Sequence record: SRR20825010_1483
DNA length: 58,498 nt
Strand: one strand, 5' to 3'
Positions 47,484-58,497 of the stretch are shown in pieces (position 1 is the first letter of the stretch; each line of letters opens with the position of its first letter). Position numbers and translations under genes: made by a program. The notes beneath the pieces are model-generated. The model made no database searches. It saw only the letters and a program-made list of their open reading frames with translations, and was not told the DNA's origin.

Positions 47484-50321
47484 TTATTTATTCTCAGGCC
47501 CAGAAGTTTTGTTAATCAACACTGGTTTTCCAAAACCAAGTTGTTCCATTTTCTTTAGTTGTGTTTTGGCATCTCCCACCACCAACCAAATCATTTTTTC
47601 AGGGTCAAGGTATTCCATAGACAAACGCTGAATTTCTTCCACGGTCATGTCCTTTACTATCTGCTGTCTTTCTTTTATGTAATCAGCAGTCCAGCCATAC
47701 TCGCTCATGTTTTCTAGCATGTTCAGTTTTGCACCAGCCGTTTCAAAGGCTCTTGCTCCACTTTTAATCATAAAGCTTTTTGTGGTTTCAAGGTCCTTTT
47801 CTGTGAAGGTGTCTCCATAGTTGGTCAATATGTCTTTTACTAACTGAGAAGACTCATAGCTCACATTAGTTCTTACACCACTTGAAATAGTGAAAGCACC
47901 CTTGGTTTTACTTCCAGAAAAACCAGACCCTATGCCATAGGTATAACCTTTACTTTCTCTTAATTCTTGGGTCAATCTAGAAGCAAACCCGCCACCGCCA
48001 AGAATGTAATTCATAACCGTAGCAGGGTAGTAGTCTTCATCAGTCACTGCTAAAGCGGGGTAGCCAAAGTTTAAAACAGACTGTTTTGCATCTGGAATGT
48101 CGAAGAAATATACTGTAGATTCAGTTGGTCTTGCTGGTGGGTCGTAAGTCGGTATTGTTACTGGCTTGGCTTCCCATTTAGAGTTGAGGTCGCGTAATGA
48201 GGTCATGACACCAACTGTATTAATATCGCCTACTACGTGCATTTTAGCCACTGAAGGTGAAATATAATTTGTATAATATTTTTTCAGGTCTTCCATCGTG
48301 ATTTCATTAACAGACTCCACTGTACCTAAAATATTCTGAGCTCTAATATTTCCTTCGCCATAAATCAAGCGATTGTAAGCATTTTGAGCTACTGAGTTAG
48401 GACTTGCTTCTTGCTGTCTGATTCTACCAATCACTGCTTGCTTGGCTAATTCAAACTCACTAGCATCCCATCTTGGTTCGAGCAAAATTTCTTCCATTAA
48501 ATCAATCACCGCATTATAGTTACGCTTCAGTGTATTCACAGATATATTGATGCTTTCAGTAGATGCGGATACTCTAATTGAGGCACCTAATTGCTCAATG
48601 GCTTCTTCCAACTGTGCTGTGGTTTTGGAAGCTGTACCTTTGGTTAACATTTGAGCCATAAGGTTAGCAACGCCACCTTTATTGGGGTCATCTAAGAGCT
48701 GGCCACCGTCTATAACTATATTAAGTTGAACTAACGGCACTTCCTTACTTTCTATTCCATAAACTTTAAGACCATTGTCTAAAGACTCTTGCCAAACCTC
48801 AGGGGTCTTCACTTCTGGAGCAGCTCCACTTGGTGGTTCGTTTGATCTGTCAAAAGTTGATGGAGTCTTCTCATAAGTGGCTACAATAGAAGGATCAAAG
48901 CCATCTTCAGCTCCTTCAATAATTTGTTCTTCTACCACTTCAGCTTTTTCAGAACCTTCCAAGGCCAAATCTATTTGTCCTCTAGGAACAAAGCTGGTGG
49001 CAATGTATTTTTTACCTTTAATGTACTTGTTATAAGCATTCATTACATCTTCTGTAGTCACAGCAAGAATGTTCTCAATGTCTTTGCTGATGAAGCCAGG
49101 GTCGTTGGCGAAAATATTGTACTGAGCCAATTGAAAACCTTTACCTAAAGCACTAGAAAGGCTATTGTAAAAACCAGTTTCTTGGCCAGCTTTGATTCGC
49201 TCTAAATCCTTTTGCGGAATTCCTTCATTCTCAAATTTGGTTAATCCTTCTTCAATAGCGCTCAACACTTCATCTAAATCCTTATCGGCAAAGGCCCTTA
49301 CAGAAATCTGCAATTGACCCGCCAGTTCAGAGGTGCGATTGGACATACCTACACCAGAGGTAAGTTTTTTGTTTTCGACCAAAACCTGATTTAATGGAGC
49401 CGATTTTCCTCTAGAAAGGTAATTGCTCAATACGTCTAATGCGTAAGCATCAGTGCTGTATTGTTCCACGGTTGGCCATGTTAAAGTAAGGGCAGGTACA
49501 CGTGCAAAGTTATCTTCATGATAAAGCTTTTTGGTTACGGCTACTTTCCCTGGACGAGGAGTGAGGGGCTTAATAGGCTCTCCGGCTGGAATTTCATCGA
49601 AATATTTCTTTACCCAGGCTTTGGCTTGCTCGGGGTTAAAGTCACCAGAAATAGTCAATGTTACATTGTTTGGCACATACCAACGTTTGAAAAAGTCTTT
49701 TACATCCTGAAGTGTTGCGTTTTGTAAGTCTTCTAAAGAACCGATTACCTGCCAGTTGTAGGGGTGGTCTGCTGGATAAAGATTTTTATCGATTACATAT
49801 GAAGTATGACCATAAGGCTGGTTATCGCCACTTTGTCTTTTTTCGTTTTTAACAACTTGCTTTTCTTTGGCCAATACTGGATCCGTTACCGTATTGATAA
49901 ACCAGCCTAATTTGTCGGCCTCGGCCCAGATCATTTTTTCTAGCGCATCGTTCGGAACAGTTTGGTAATAATTGGTGCGGTCGCGACTGGTAGAACCATT
50001 GGCGCCTGAGCCGCCAATTCTAGCACTCATTTTATCTAATCCACCTTTTCCAAGGTTTTCAGACTCTAAAAATAATAAGTGTTCGAAAAGGTGCGCAAAA
50101 CCAGTTCTTCCTTCTACTTCTCTGGCCGAACCCACATGAGCGGTAAGGGCTACTCCAACTACAGGGTCAGATTTATCTACATGGAGAATGACATCTAGGC
50201 CATTATCGAGAGTGAACTTTTCGTAATCGACTTTGAAGTCGACCGTTGGAGTTTCGCTTTTTGGTGCGCAAGCAAAGACTGATAAGACTAAAGCTGCAAA
50301 CAGTGTTATTTTTTTCAACAT
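47484..50321 (-). CDS. M16 (pitrilysin) zinc peptidase lipoprotein
   Basis: Lipobox VFAC; inverted zinc motif HLFEH; two-lobed M16 architecture. Confidence 0.95.
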   Translation of the reverse strand: MLKKITLFAALVLSVFACAPKSETPTVDFKVDYEKFTLDNGLDVILHVDKSDPVVGVALTAHVGSAREVEGRTGFAHLFEHLLFLESENLGKGGLDKMSARIGGSGANGSTSRDRTNYYQTVPNDALEKMIWAEADKLGWFINTVTDPVLAKEKQVVKNEKRQSGDNQPYGHTSYVIDKNLYPADHPYNWQVIGSLEDLQNATLQDVKDFFKRWYVPNNVTLTISGDFNPEQAKAWVKKYFDEIPAGEPIKPLTPRPGKVAVTKKLYHEDNFARVPALTLTWPTVEQYSTDAYALDVLSNYLSRGKSAPLNQVLVENKKLTSGVGMSNRTSELAGQLQISVRAFADKDLDEVLSAIEEGLTKFENEGIPQKDLERIKAGQETGFYNSLSSALGKGFQLAQYNIFANDPGFISKDIENILAVTTEDVMNAYNKYIKGKKYIATSFVPRGQIDLALEGSEKAEVVEEQIIEGAEDGFDPSIVATYEKTPSTFDRSNEPPSGAAPEVKTPEVWQESLDNGLKVYGIESKEVPLVQLNIVIDGGQLLDDPNKGGVANLMAQMLTKGTASKTTAQLEEAIEQLGASIRVSASTESINISVNTLKRNYNAVIDLMEEILLEPRWDASEFELAKQAVIGRIRQQEASPNSVAQNAYNRLIYGEGNIRAQNILGTVESVNEITMEDLKKYYTNYISPSVAKMHVVGDINTVGVMTSLRDLNSKWEAKPVTIPTYDPPARPTESTVYFFDIPDAKQSVLNFGYPALAVTDEDYYPATVMNYILGGGGFASRLTQELRESKGYTYGIGSGFSGSKTKGAFTISSGVRTNVSYESSQLVKDILTNYGDTFTEKDLETTKSFMIKSGARAFETAGAKLNMLENMSEYGWTADYIKERQQIVKDMTVEEIQRLSMEYLDPEKMIWLVVGDAKTQLKKMEQLGFGKPVLINKTSGPENK

Positions 50322-50405
50322 AGTTGTTCAATTATTTAGTACCGATAGTTAACTAAATAATCAACTCAAAGCAATTTTGAGCATTATGTACGGTATAAAA
50401 TAATG

Positions 50406-50633
50406 CTAATTAAATTGAGGTTGAAATTGTCTCGGACGCCTTTCGGTATAACCCTTCTTCAATTGGAAATAAAGAATAGAACCTATTATCGGAGAGAAAA
50501 GGATGACTAAAAGCCACAATAAATTGGCCTTACCCGACTTAAATCTTGATTTAGATAAGTCTACCAATGCCCAAACCCACAAGCTAATGGAGAGCAAAAT
50601 TATAGCGGGTACTAATATGTCAGTGATTTCCAT
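50406..50633 (-). CDS. PLDc_N-domain small membrane protein
   Basis: WVWALVDL...LLWLLVILFSPIIGSILYF. Confidence 0.85.
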   Translation of the reverse strand: MEITDILVPAIILLSISLWVWALVDLSKSRFKSGKANLLWLLVILFSPIIGSILYFQLKKGYTERRPRQFQPQFN

Positions 50634-50927
50634 AGAACGAATGTAACTATTTTATTCATAAAATTATGTTGATCCCTTTTAGCTATTTTACTGAAGAATT
50701 GTTGAATTGGTGATTAAGCCACCTCAGAAGCGTTGATTTACACTTGGTTTAATGCTTATAAATCTGGTACCTCTTTAAGGGTATATAAGGTAGTATTTAT
50801 TGTACTATATTTGTTACAATAAAGTTGATCGACAATAAATTATGATGTTTTAATTAATATATCATTCATAATGATAATTGCTAATAGGTCAGTTTTAATT
50901 TTTTAATCATTAATCAACCTAATTACT

Positions 50928-52568
50928 ATGAAACGTTTTACACTTGGTAGTGCAATGCTGATAGTATTGATCACCTATTTTTCTTCATGTATGTCTACAA
51001 AAGAAGAGGCTACCCTAATTCCACCTTATGCAGTAACAATCACGCCAGTGGATGCTGACAATGCTCCTGCATTACAATCTTTTGCTCATGGAGTGAATGG
51101 TTCTGAATTATTGCTTTTTGCTGGTAGAACGAATAGTGAGAGTAACAACGGAGGTCTGCATAAAATCAATGGTAACTCTAATTACTCATCAACATCTTTT
51201 CTTCCTCCCTCATTTAATGAACTGATTTATGTGTATAATTTAGAGTCTAATGCTGCACCTTATATCATGTCTATGGACGAGATGGTAGAAAGATTGAAAG
51301 CTTACCAAGCGGCACATCCAGGGCCAGGCAATGTTATGCAAGCCATTCCTCAGATTGTCTCTGCCTTATCAACATATCAAACCATATTTAGGGCTACAAA
51401 TCCACAAGTAACACAAGATGAAAATGGATTTCTGTATGTAATCGGGGGATATGGGACACCTGTTGGCTCTGATACAGTCTCTGGGGCTTATCAAACTTTC
51501 AATCAGGTAGCGAGAATCCATGTGCCCTCCATGATCAACTTGGTGAAGAATCAGAACTTAGATCAGATTGACTGGTGGAATTTTATGGCATTTGGCCAAA
51601 ATTCAAAACTAATGGCTACTGGTGGAGAGGTTTATCAACTTGGGGATACTTTCTATTTGTCTGGTGGACATAATTTTGGAAGTTCGGCTCCTTCCGCCAG
51701 TCAAGGTCAACAATATCAGGATGCGGTATATCCTTTTACTTTGAGCTCAGTGCCGGGCACCGTTAATTTGACAGTTGATGTGAAAACAGCTATTACAGAC
51801 GTTGCTTTAAGTAAACTGGGAACAGTTACGGCTGATACTACTTCCAAATTCCGAAGAAGAGATGGGCCAATTGTACCGGCATTATTTTATGATAGTAATA
51901 AGAATTTAACTGAAGGATTGACTTTTTATGGAGGTGTGTTTCAACCAGGTTCTAAAGGAGTGGCGCCAAATGAAAATCCAGACTCTACCTATAACAGAGC
52001 TTGGAATACAGCTATTTATATTCATCCAGCTTTTGGCGATTCGAATCCCGTTCCTGCAAGTCCTTATTATACTCTCGACTCAAACTACAATCAGGGTAAT
52101 TTGAATGTTTATTCTTGCTCTGACATTGAGTTTTATGATGCTTCAACAAAAACAGTACATACATTACTTATAGGAGGGATTGGTGATGGCCAAACTCAGG
52201 CGCAAACAAGTATGTTGTCAGGTTTTACTAATAGCTTAATGCATGTGACTTATGATTTAGAAAACGGAACGAGCACACCAAAATTGGAATCAGGGAATAT
52301 CTTCAATACCGATAATTTTTATGGTGCCGAGTCTGCCTTTATTTATAACCCTAGCGCGAACCTCGTTTTCACTCAAGTTAATGGCAATGTAACAGAGGTA
52401 ATTGATGCAAATGCAACCTTCAAATCTGGTCAGAGTGTTGATGTAGGTTATATCTACGGGGGAATAGAGGCTTTCAGTGCTGGGCCAGGTACTTACGGTC
52501 CGGGTAATTCAGCGGCTACAAATAAAATCTGGAAAGTAACAATAACCAAGAATACAGTAAACAACTAG
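50928..52568 (+). CDS. Hypothetical lipoprotein with kelch-like propeller motifs
   Basis: Lipobox FSSC; LYVIGGYG, FYLSGGH, FYGGVF, LLIGGIG, YIYGGI. Confidence 0.65.
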   Translation: MKRFTLGSAMLIVLITYFSSCMSTKEEATLIPPYAVTITPVDADNAPALQSFAHGVNGSELLLFAGRTNSESNNGGLHKINGNSNYSSTSFLPPSFNELIYVYNLESNAAPYIMSMDEMVERLKAYQAAHPGPGNVMQAIPQIVSALSTYQTIFRATNPQVTQDENGFLYVIGGYGTPVGSDTVSGAYQTFNQVARIHVPSMINLVKNQNLDQIDWWNFMAFGQNSKLMATGGEVYQLGDTFYLSGGHNFGSSAPSASQGQQYQDAVYPFTLSSVPGTVNLTVDVKTAITDVALSKLGTVTADTTSKFRRRDGPIVPALFYDSNKNLTEGLTFYGGVFQPGSKGVAPNENPDSTYNRAWNTAIYIHPAFGDSNPVPASPYYTLDSNYNQGNLNVYSCSDIEFYDASTKTVHTLLIGGIGDGQTQAQTSMLSGFTNSLMHVTYDLENGTSTPKLESGNIFNTDNFYGAESAFIYNPSANLVFTQVNGNVTEVIDANATFKSGQSVDVGYIYGGIEAFSAGPGTYGPGNSAATNKIWKVTITKNTVNN

Positions 52569-52589
52569 AATTTTTCTGCCATATTAGTG

Positions 52590-52624
52590 AAGAGCCTTTG
52601 AGAATAGTCTCAAGGGCTTTTTTT
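52590..52624. terminator. Intrinsic terminator between convergent genes
   Basis: AGAGCCTTTGAGA-atag-TCTCAAGGGCTTT plus T run. Confidence 0.75.
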
Positions 52625-53879
52625 ATGTACCTAGGTCGATAAGCGATAAAATGGCTTTAGCCTTTACCATACATTCTTCATACTCTTTTTCGGGTACGGA
52701 ATCGTAAGTAATGGCGCTTCCTGCTTGGAAGGAATAGGTTTTTGAGGCATTGTTTAAAAACAGGCTGCGGATCAGTACATTAAAATCGAAATCGCCATTT
52801 GGACTCATATAACCAGCAGCACCAGAAAAAGCCCCGCGTTTCGTGTTTTCGTACTGCTCAATAAGTCCCATCACTTTTACCTTAGGAGCACCTGTCATAC
52901 TACCCATAGGAAAAGCATTTCTGATTACTTCAAAAGCACTCATTCCTCCACGCTTTTCTGAAATTATGGTGGAAATCATCTGATGTACCTGCTGAAAGGA
53001 ATAAATACCGAAAATCTCTTCGACTTTTACACTTCCAATTTTGGACGAGCGCGCTAAGTCGTTGCGCACTAAATCCACAATCATCATGTTCTCGGCCAAT
53101 TCCTTTTCGTCTGATCGAAGGTCTTTCCGTAGTGCGTCATCCTCTGCTTCTGACTTTCCTCTTGGGCGAGTTCCTTTGATTGGTTGGGAAATGATTTTAT
53201 CACCTTCTTTCCTTATAAACCTTTCAGGCGAAGCCGAAAGAATATAGTGCTCATGGTGTTTTTGGAAAGATGAAAAAGGACTAGGAGAGAGTTTATTGAG
53301 ATCTAAGTAAAGTTGAACCGGGTTTATGGTTTCAATTTCACCGTGAAACTCCTGACAGAAATTGATTTCGTAGCAATCGCCTTCTTCAATGTGCTGTCGA
53401 AGCTTTTTAATGATGGCCAAATACTCGGCTTGAGTAATGCTGGCTTGCGGTGTGCTCAGTTTGCTTTGTGTCGAATTGATTTCAGTTTTTTCAATTTGTG
53501 CTAAAACATCTTCTTCCGACCAAATTTCTACTTCATTTCCCTTGAAGAACAGAATATGTTCAGGTTCAAAAAATGAGATTTCTGGAAATTGAACCCTGTC
53601 CGTATTGTTGCTGGATAAATCTTCGGTATCGTTTTTTAAGTCATAACCCAAGTACCCGAACAGCCATTTGTTTTGGTGGAAGGCAGAAAGTGCTTCAAAA
53701 CGATCCTTTTCATTCGGTAAAAAAAGACGCTTTACCCCAACGGCTAATATTTCTTCAAAACCATGATAGGGATAAGGAATCCCGTTGGATTGAAAATAGG
53801 TGCAATGCGAAAAGCCATTCGCCCAGTGTAGGGCCTTTTCAAGGAAGAGCGTTTTGTTATTAATGGAAGTAGTTTTCAA
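52623..53879 (-). CDS. pabB: Aminodeoxychorismate synthase component I (TrpE/PabB family)
   Basis: GDCYEINF, SPERF, PIKGTRPR, ENMMIVDLVRNDL, FPMGSMTGAPK. Confidence 0.88.
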   Translation of the reverse strand: MKTTSINNKTLFLEKALHWANGFSHCTYFQSNGIPYPYHGFEEILAVGVKRLFLPNEKDRFEALSAFHQNKWLFGYLGYDLKNDTEDLSSNNTDRVQFPEISFFEPEHILFFKGNEVEIWSEEDVLAQIEKTEINSTQSKLSTPQASITQAEYLAIIKKLRQHIEEGDCYEINFCQEFHGEIETINPVQLYLDLNKLSPSPFSSFQKHHEHYILSASPERFIRKEGDKIISQPIKGTRPRGKSEAEDDALRKDLRSDEKELAENMMIVDLVRNDLARSSKIGSVKVEEIFGIYSFQQVHQMISTIISEKRGGMSAFEVIRNAFPMGSMTGAPKVKVMGLIEQYENTKRGAFSGAAGYMSPNGDFDFNVLIRSLFLNNASKTYSFQAGSAITYDSVPEKEYEECMVKAKAILSLIDLGT

Positions 53880-53923
53880 TGCGTTTTACTAAAGCGATGC
53901 AAAGTTAGTAAAGCAATGAGCAT

Positions 53924-53947
53924 AAAAAAGGGAGCCAAAGGCTCCCT
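53924..53947 (-). terminator. Terminator after yceI
   Basis: GGGAGCC-ttt-GGCTCCC then T6 on the minus strand. Confidence 0.75.
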
Positions 53948-53969
53948 CATTGTTCTATTTCAATTTTTA

Positions 53970-54710
53970 TTAAAGAGATGCCTTTGTTCCAGCCTCTAAC
54001 TCAAAACCTACGTTTACAGTATTATAAATAAAGTCGTCTTTTAACTTTTCAGCAAGTGACGCTCTTTCCTTGAAGGTTAAACCCCATTCAGTTCTGTCGA
54101 TATTGAAGTTAGCTCTAGCTTTAACCGTTCCATTTTCCATAGTTACTGTTGCAGGAAAAGAGATGTTTTTTGTTGTGCCACGCATCGTCAAGTTTCCTGA
54201 AATGATGTGAGTAGGGTTTTCTACCATAATGTCGCCCATTGATGCAGGAGTGTTGTCTGTCTTAGGTTCATCTAAGTCAGAAGAAACTTTAGTGGCATCA
54301 AATATTTCAGCACCAGTCATTTCGAATGTAGCTGTTGGGTAATTCTCTGCATCAAAAAAGTCAGCAGACATTAAGTGACCTTTTAACTTGCCATTGTATT
54401 CAGAATCAGCGGGTAAATCCAATACTACTAAGTTGGTGATGTCCATTTGAAAATTCGCTGCTACGATTTCATTACCTTCCACGTTTAATTCACCGGCTGT
54501 AATTGGAATGGTTCCGTTATGCTTTCCAGCAGGCTTGCTTCCAATCCAAGTAATCATACTGCTTTCAGTATTGATAGCCACTGTAGTAGCGTTTTCGGCA
54601 GAAGCCACGGCCTTAGCGTCAGAGGTTTCTACGGTTTTGTCACTTGGTCCACATGCTACTACAAGAAGTACTGCGGCCACCATTGCCAAGGTTGATTTCA
54701 AAGTTCTCAT
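53970..54710 (-). CDS. YceI family lipoprotein
   Basis: Lipobox VVAC; GHLMSADFFDAENYPTATF, GNLTMRG, IDRTEWG. Confidence 0.93.
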   Translation of the reverse strand: MRTLKSTLAMVAAVLLVVACGPSDKTVETSDAKAVASAENATTVAINTESSMITWIGSKPAGKHNGTIPITAGELNVEGNEIVAANFQMDITNLVVLDLPADSEYNGKLKGHLMSADFFDAENYPTATFEMTGAEIFDATKVSSDLDEPKTDNTPASMGDIMVENPTHIISGNLTMRGTTKNISFPATVTMENGTVKARANFNIDRTEWGLTFKERASLAEKLKDDFIYNTVNVGFELEAGTKASL

Positions 54711-54843
54711 TTAGTTTAATTAATTGTTGTTAATTGCTTTTCAAGATGTAATGGGTAATCGTTTTTCTACCCATTTTGTTTATCGAATGTAAAACTACAT
54801 CAGGAGTGGTTAAGTTCAATGTATGTACATATAATTTTATTCA

Positions 54844-55368
54844 ATGGCAGTAATTAAAGCAGTAAAGGGCGTACAGCCTGTTTTTGGTAAAAAATGTTTT
54901 TTGGCAGACAACGCTACCGTAGTAGGCGATGTGCACATGGGCAACAATTGTAGTGTGTGGTTCAACACCGTAGTAAGGGGCGATGTGTGCAGAATAGAGA
55001 TAGGAGATAACTGTAATATTCAAGATGGCACAGTGATTCACGGCACTTTAAATATGTCCAAAACCGTTTTAGGTAATAATGTAAGCATCGGTCACAATGC
55101 CATTGTGCATGGCTGTATTGTGGAAGACAATGTGTTGATTGGAATGGGCGCGATAGTAATGGACAATGCCGTAATAGGAACTGGCTCTATGATTGCGGCT
55201 GGGGCAGTAGTGTTGGCCAATACCGTTGTCGAACCCAATTCACTTTATGCTGGAACACCTGCGAAAAAAATCAAAGAAATTGATGCCCGACTGAGGATGG
55301 TGATTGATAAAACACCAGAAAACTACATAATGTATAGCGGCTGGATCGAAGACCTTCCCACCCCTTGA
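54844..55368 (+). CDS. Gamma-carbonic-anhydrase-family protein
   Basis: VRGDV, NIQDGTVIH, IGHNAIVHGC; hexapeptide repeats. Confidence 0.93.
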   Translation: MAVIKAVKGVQPVFGKKCFLADNATVVGDVHMGNNCSVWFNTVVRGDVCRIEIGDNCNIQDGTVIHGTLNMSKTVLGNNVSIGHNAIVHGCIVEDNVLIGMGAIVMDNAVIGTGSMIAAGAVVLANTVVEPNSLYAGTPAKKIKEIDARLRMVIDKTPENYIMYSGWIEDLPTP

Positions 55369-55594
55369 TCATTCAGATATCTCAAAAATAAGTTCAAACT
55401 ATGCGCTTAAGTTCCTGAAATATGAAAGAGATAATCGCTAATAGATTCACGGTAAAAGCCTAAATTCTATTGTCTAAAATCTTGACTTCTATATCATGAG
55501 ATTTTCATTCTCTCACAAACAAATGGTGCTTTCATTAATGGTGTTTTAGTTATTGAATCCTGTGGCATTTTCAAAAAATAAATTATCTTGAACT

Positions 55595-56107
55595 ATGATT
55601 TCTCTTCCATCAATGGGTGAATACAACCCTTTCTATCAAACCTACATTAGTCAGTTAGAAGGACAAAATGTTCTGGATCGTATTAGTGCACAAAAAGAGG
55701 AAATGGTCGCGCTTTTTGACTCTGTTTCAGAGGAAAAGTCAAATACGGCTTATGCCGAAGGTAAATGGACGATCAAAGAAGTATTGAACCACATCAATGA
55801 CGTGGAGCGTATTTTCACTTACAGGGCTTTGGCCATTGCCAGAGGTGATATACAGCCGCTTCCGGGAATGGATCAAGATGGCTATCAAGCGGCAGCAAGC
55901 AATCCTTTGCGCCCGTTGAGTAGTTATTTGGCTGAATTTGAAGCCATTCGGTCGGCTTCCATTCTTTTCTTCGAAAACCTGAGGGAAGTAGAAACCATGA
56001 AAGAGGGAACGGCCAGTGGTAATAAAGTAACGGTTAGAGCACTTGCCGCCATGACCGTAGGGCACGCAGCCCATCATGTTCAAATCATCAAAGAAAGGTA
56101 TCTATAA
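55595..56107 (+). CDS. DinB family protein
   Basis: YAEGKWTIKEVLNHINDVER, GHAAHH. Confidence 0.9.
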   Translation: MISLPSMGEYNPFYQTYISQLEGQNVLDRISAQKEEMVALFDSVSEEKSNTAYAEGKWTIKEVLNHINDVERIFTYRALAIARGDIQPLPGMDQDGYQAAASNPLRPLSSYLAEFEAIRSASILFFENLREVETMKEGTASGNKVTVRALAAMTVGHAAHHVQIIKERYL

Positions 56108-56628
56108 TGTTTATCATCGATCCCAATTTCAACTACCCCAAAGAAACTGAATCTAGAATGTTGATCCGTTTTCAGGACTGCGATCCATTGCGCCACCTGA
56201 ATAATGCAAAATACTTTGATTATTTTTTCAACGCTAGAGAAGACCAAGTGCCGAAAATTTACGGAGTAGAAATGCGGGAGATTATTAAATCATTCGATGC
56301 CGTTTGGGTGGTTTATAACCATCATATCGCTTACCTAAAACCAGCGAATATGGCGGAGTGGGTACGCATCGTGAGTAGAGTGATTTGGTACAACAAAAAC
56401 ACTTTGGTAGTAGAGTACTGCATGTTTGATGATTCAAAAAGCTATTTGAAAACCTTGATGTGGACCACCTTTAAGTATGTAGGTATGAATACCAGCAGAA
56501 CGGTAGAACATTCAGAAGAAGTAGAGGCTTATTTAAAGGCTATATTGTATCCTGGGGTTGAATATCACTCGGCAAAATTTGACGAACGTGTCTATCAAGT
56601 TAAAACTGAGACCCGTTCAATCTTTTGA
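56107..56628 (+). CDS. Acyl-CoA thioesterase (4HBT/hotdog fold)
   Basis: IRFQDCDPLRHLNNAKYFDYF. Confidence 0.9.
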   Translation: MFIIDPNFNYPKETESRMLIRFQDCDPLRHLNNAKYFDYFFNAREDQVPKIYGVEMREIIKSFDAVWVVYNHHIAYLKPANMAEWVRIVSRVIWYNKNTLVVEYCMFDDSKSYLKTLMWTTFKYVGMNTSRTVEHSEEVEAYLKAILYPGVEYHSAKFDERVYQVKTETRSIF

Positions 56629-56723
56629 TTTATCGAAATAGAAGATTATCTTATTAAAGATTCGGGCTGGCTATTATCTTGCCACCACAAAAAAGGAACT
56701 GTTAATATATTTGTACCGTAGCC

Positions 56724-57287
56724 ATGGAAAATCAAGGATTTGATCCCCAAGAAATCGAAGAAATTAAGGCCAAAATTAAGGCGTCAGGAAAATTATACAC
56801 TGTGATCGAATCAGAAGATAACTCTGATGATTACATGAACTTTAATTTTGTTGGAGACTTTGACGGTAAAGAAGTAGTGTATGATGTTGCACTTTATACT
56901 TTAAAAATTCAACACGCAAGTGAAATTTATGAATTGGCTGAACATGAAGCCGCTAAGAAATTTCCAGAGTATAAAACAATTGCCTACGATGAAGACGAAA
57001 ATGGAGATATTGCTCCATTGGGTGATTTAGAAGAAGAGATTGGGCTATACATGGCCGAAGTGATGGAAGAACTTGAAGAGGAAGATGCCGTGAAAGTTCA
57101 AGAGCACATCGACATTGACGAAAACATTGACTTTGGTGTAGGCTTAGATGTTGGATTGAATGTAGATAAAATCACTCCTGAAGTGATTGAGAAGTTCATT
57201 GAAGATTTCACTAACGATACATTAGAGCTTGATCCAACTTACTTCTCTTTCCAAATGGATGATGAAGATGAGGATGACGAAGAATAA
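56724..57287 (+). CDS. Highly acidic hypothetical protein
   Basis: 187-aa D/E-rich ORF with TATATTTG box at 56706-56713 and a downstream terminator. Confidence 0.75.
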   Translation: MENQGFDPQEIEEIKAKIKASGKLYTVIESEDNSDDYMNFNFVGDFDGKEVVYDVALYTLKIQHASEIYELAEHEAAKKFPEYKTIAYDEDENGDIAPLGDLEEEIGLYMAEVMEELEEEDAVKVQEHIDIDENIDFGVGLDVGLNVDKITPEVIEKFIEDFTNDTLELDPTYFSFQMDDEDEDDEE

Positions 57288-57308
57288 AAATTGATTAATT
57301 CACTATAG

Positions 57309-57348
57309 AAATCCCTAATGGTCGTTGACTCGACTTTTAGGGGTTTTT
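57309..57348 (+). terminator. Intrinsic terminator
   Basis: AAATCCCTAA...GTCG-ttgact-CGAC...TTAGGGGTTTTT. Confidence 0.65.
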
Positions 57349-57401
57349 ACTTTTATCACCTTTGTATTGAACATTCACCTTCAAGATTAGCTTCCTGATT
57401 C

Positions 57402-58304
57402 ATGTTGAAAATTGCTTGGAAAGATATTTACGCCCATGTTTTACCAGCCAACCATCGCTTTCCGATGGAAAAGTACACACTGTTGCCAGAACAGCTTTTG
57501 TATGAAGGTACCATTTCTGAGAGTAGTTTTTTTACCCCTGAATTATTGAGTGAAGCGGCCATCGTACGAACACACAATGCGGACTATTGGGATAAGCTTA
57601 AGTCCCTTTCCTTATCTAGAAAAGAAGAACGAAAAACAGGTTTTCCACTTTCAGCTGCTTTGGTGGAGAGGGAACGTGTAATTATGCACGGCTCAGTATT
57701 GGCAGCGCGCTTTGCGGTTGAAAATGGAATTGCCATGAATATGGCTGGAGGCACACATCATTCATTTACCGATAGGGGAGAAGGCTTTTGCTTGCTCAAT
57801 GATATTGCGATTGCTGCCCATGATTTGCTCGATAACAGCTTGGCTACACAAATTTTGGTGGTGGATTTAGACGTACACCAAGGCAACGGAACTGCACAAA
57901 TATTTGAGAACGAACCAAAGGTTTTCACTTTCAGTATGCATGGTGCAGCCAACTACCCACTGCACAAAGAAAAATCTGATTTGGATGTGGGGCTTAAAGA
58001 TGGTACTGATGATAATACTTATTTAAGTTTCTTAGAGGCCAATTTAAAAGCCTTGATTGATACAGTTCAGCCTGATTTTGTCTTCTTTCAATCGGGAGTA
58101 GACGTACTGGCTACCGACAAATTAGGACGCTTAGGAATGACCTTGCAGGGCTGTAAGCAGCGTGATAGGATTGTGCTAGACACCTGCAAGAAAAACGACA
58201 TACCGATGATGGCCTGCATGGGAGGTGGTTACTCCGAAAAAGTAGCACATATTGTTGAAGCCCACGCCAATACCTTTCGGTTGGCTCAAGAGATCTTTTT
58301 CTAG
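57402..58304 (+). CDS. Histone-deacetylase-family (AcuC/AphA) amidohydrolase
   Basis: HRFPMEKY, GGTHH, GFCLLND, DLDVHQGNGT, GGGY. Confidence 0.95.
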   Translation: MLKIAWKDIYAHVLPANHRFPMEKYTLLPEQLLYEGTISESSFFTPELLSEAAIVRTHNADYWDKLKSLSLSRKEERKTGFPLSAALVERERVIMHGSVLAARFAVENGIAMNMAGGTHHSFTDRGEGFCLLNDIAIAAHDLLDNSLATQILVVDLDVHQGNGTAQIFENEPKVFTFSMHGAANYPLHKEKSDLDVGLKDGTDDNTYLSFLEANLKALIDTVQPDFVFFQSGVDVLATDKLGRLGMTLQGCKQRDRIVLDTCKKNDIPMMACMGGGYSEKVAHIVEAHANTFRLAQEIFF

Positions 58305-58433
58305 GATAGGACAGCGTCCTGCTCTACGATAATTTGACCTAATGACAATGTTAAGCCTAACTCTGCCTCTTTTCTTTTCTTGAGGTACGAAAGATCTAAA
58401 CTTACGTAATAATTGGTTTTGGGCATAGGTGCC

Positions 58434-58497
58434 AAACCGTTGAAACGGTTGATGTTGCTCGTTCATTCCATAGCCCACGGTTTAAACCGTGGGCTAT
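58434..58497. repeat. Composite REP-like element with a perfect 28-bp palindrome
   Basis: AACCGT-tgaa-ACGGTT and ATAGCCCACGGTTTAAACCGTGGGCTAT (58470-58497). Confidence 0.75.

Noticed and set aside
58176-58478. 100-aa minus-strand ORF
   Set aside because: Overlaps the HDAC antisense and starts inside a palindrome; likely spurious.
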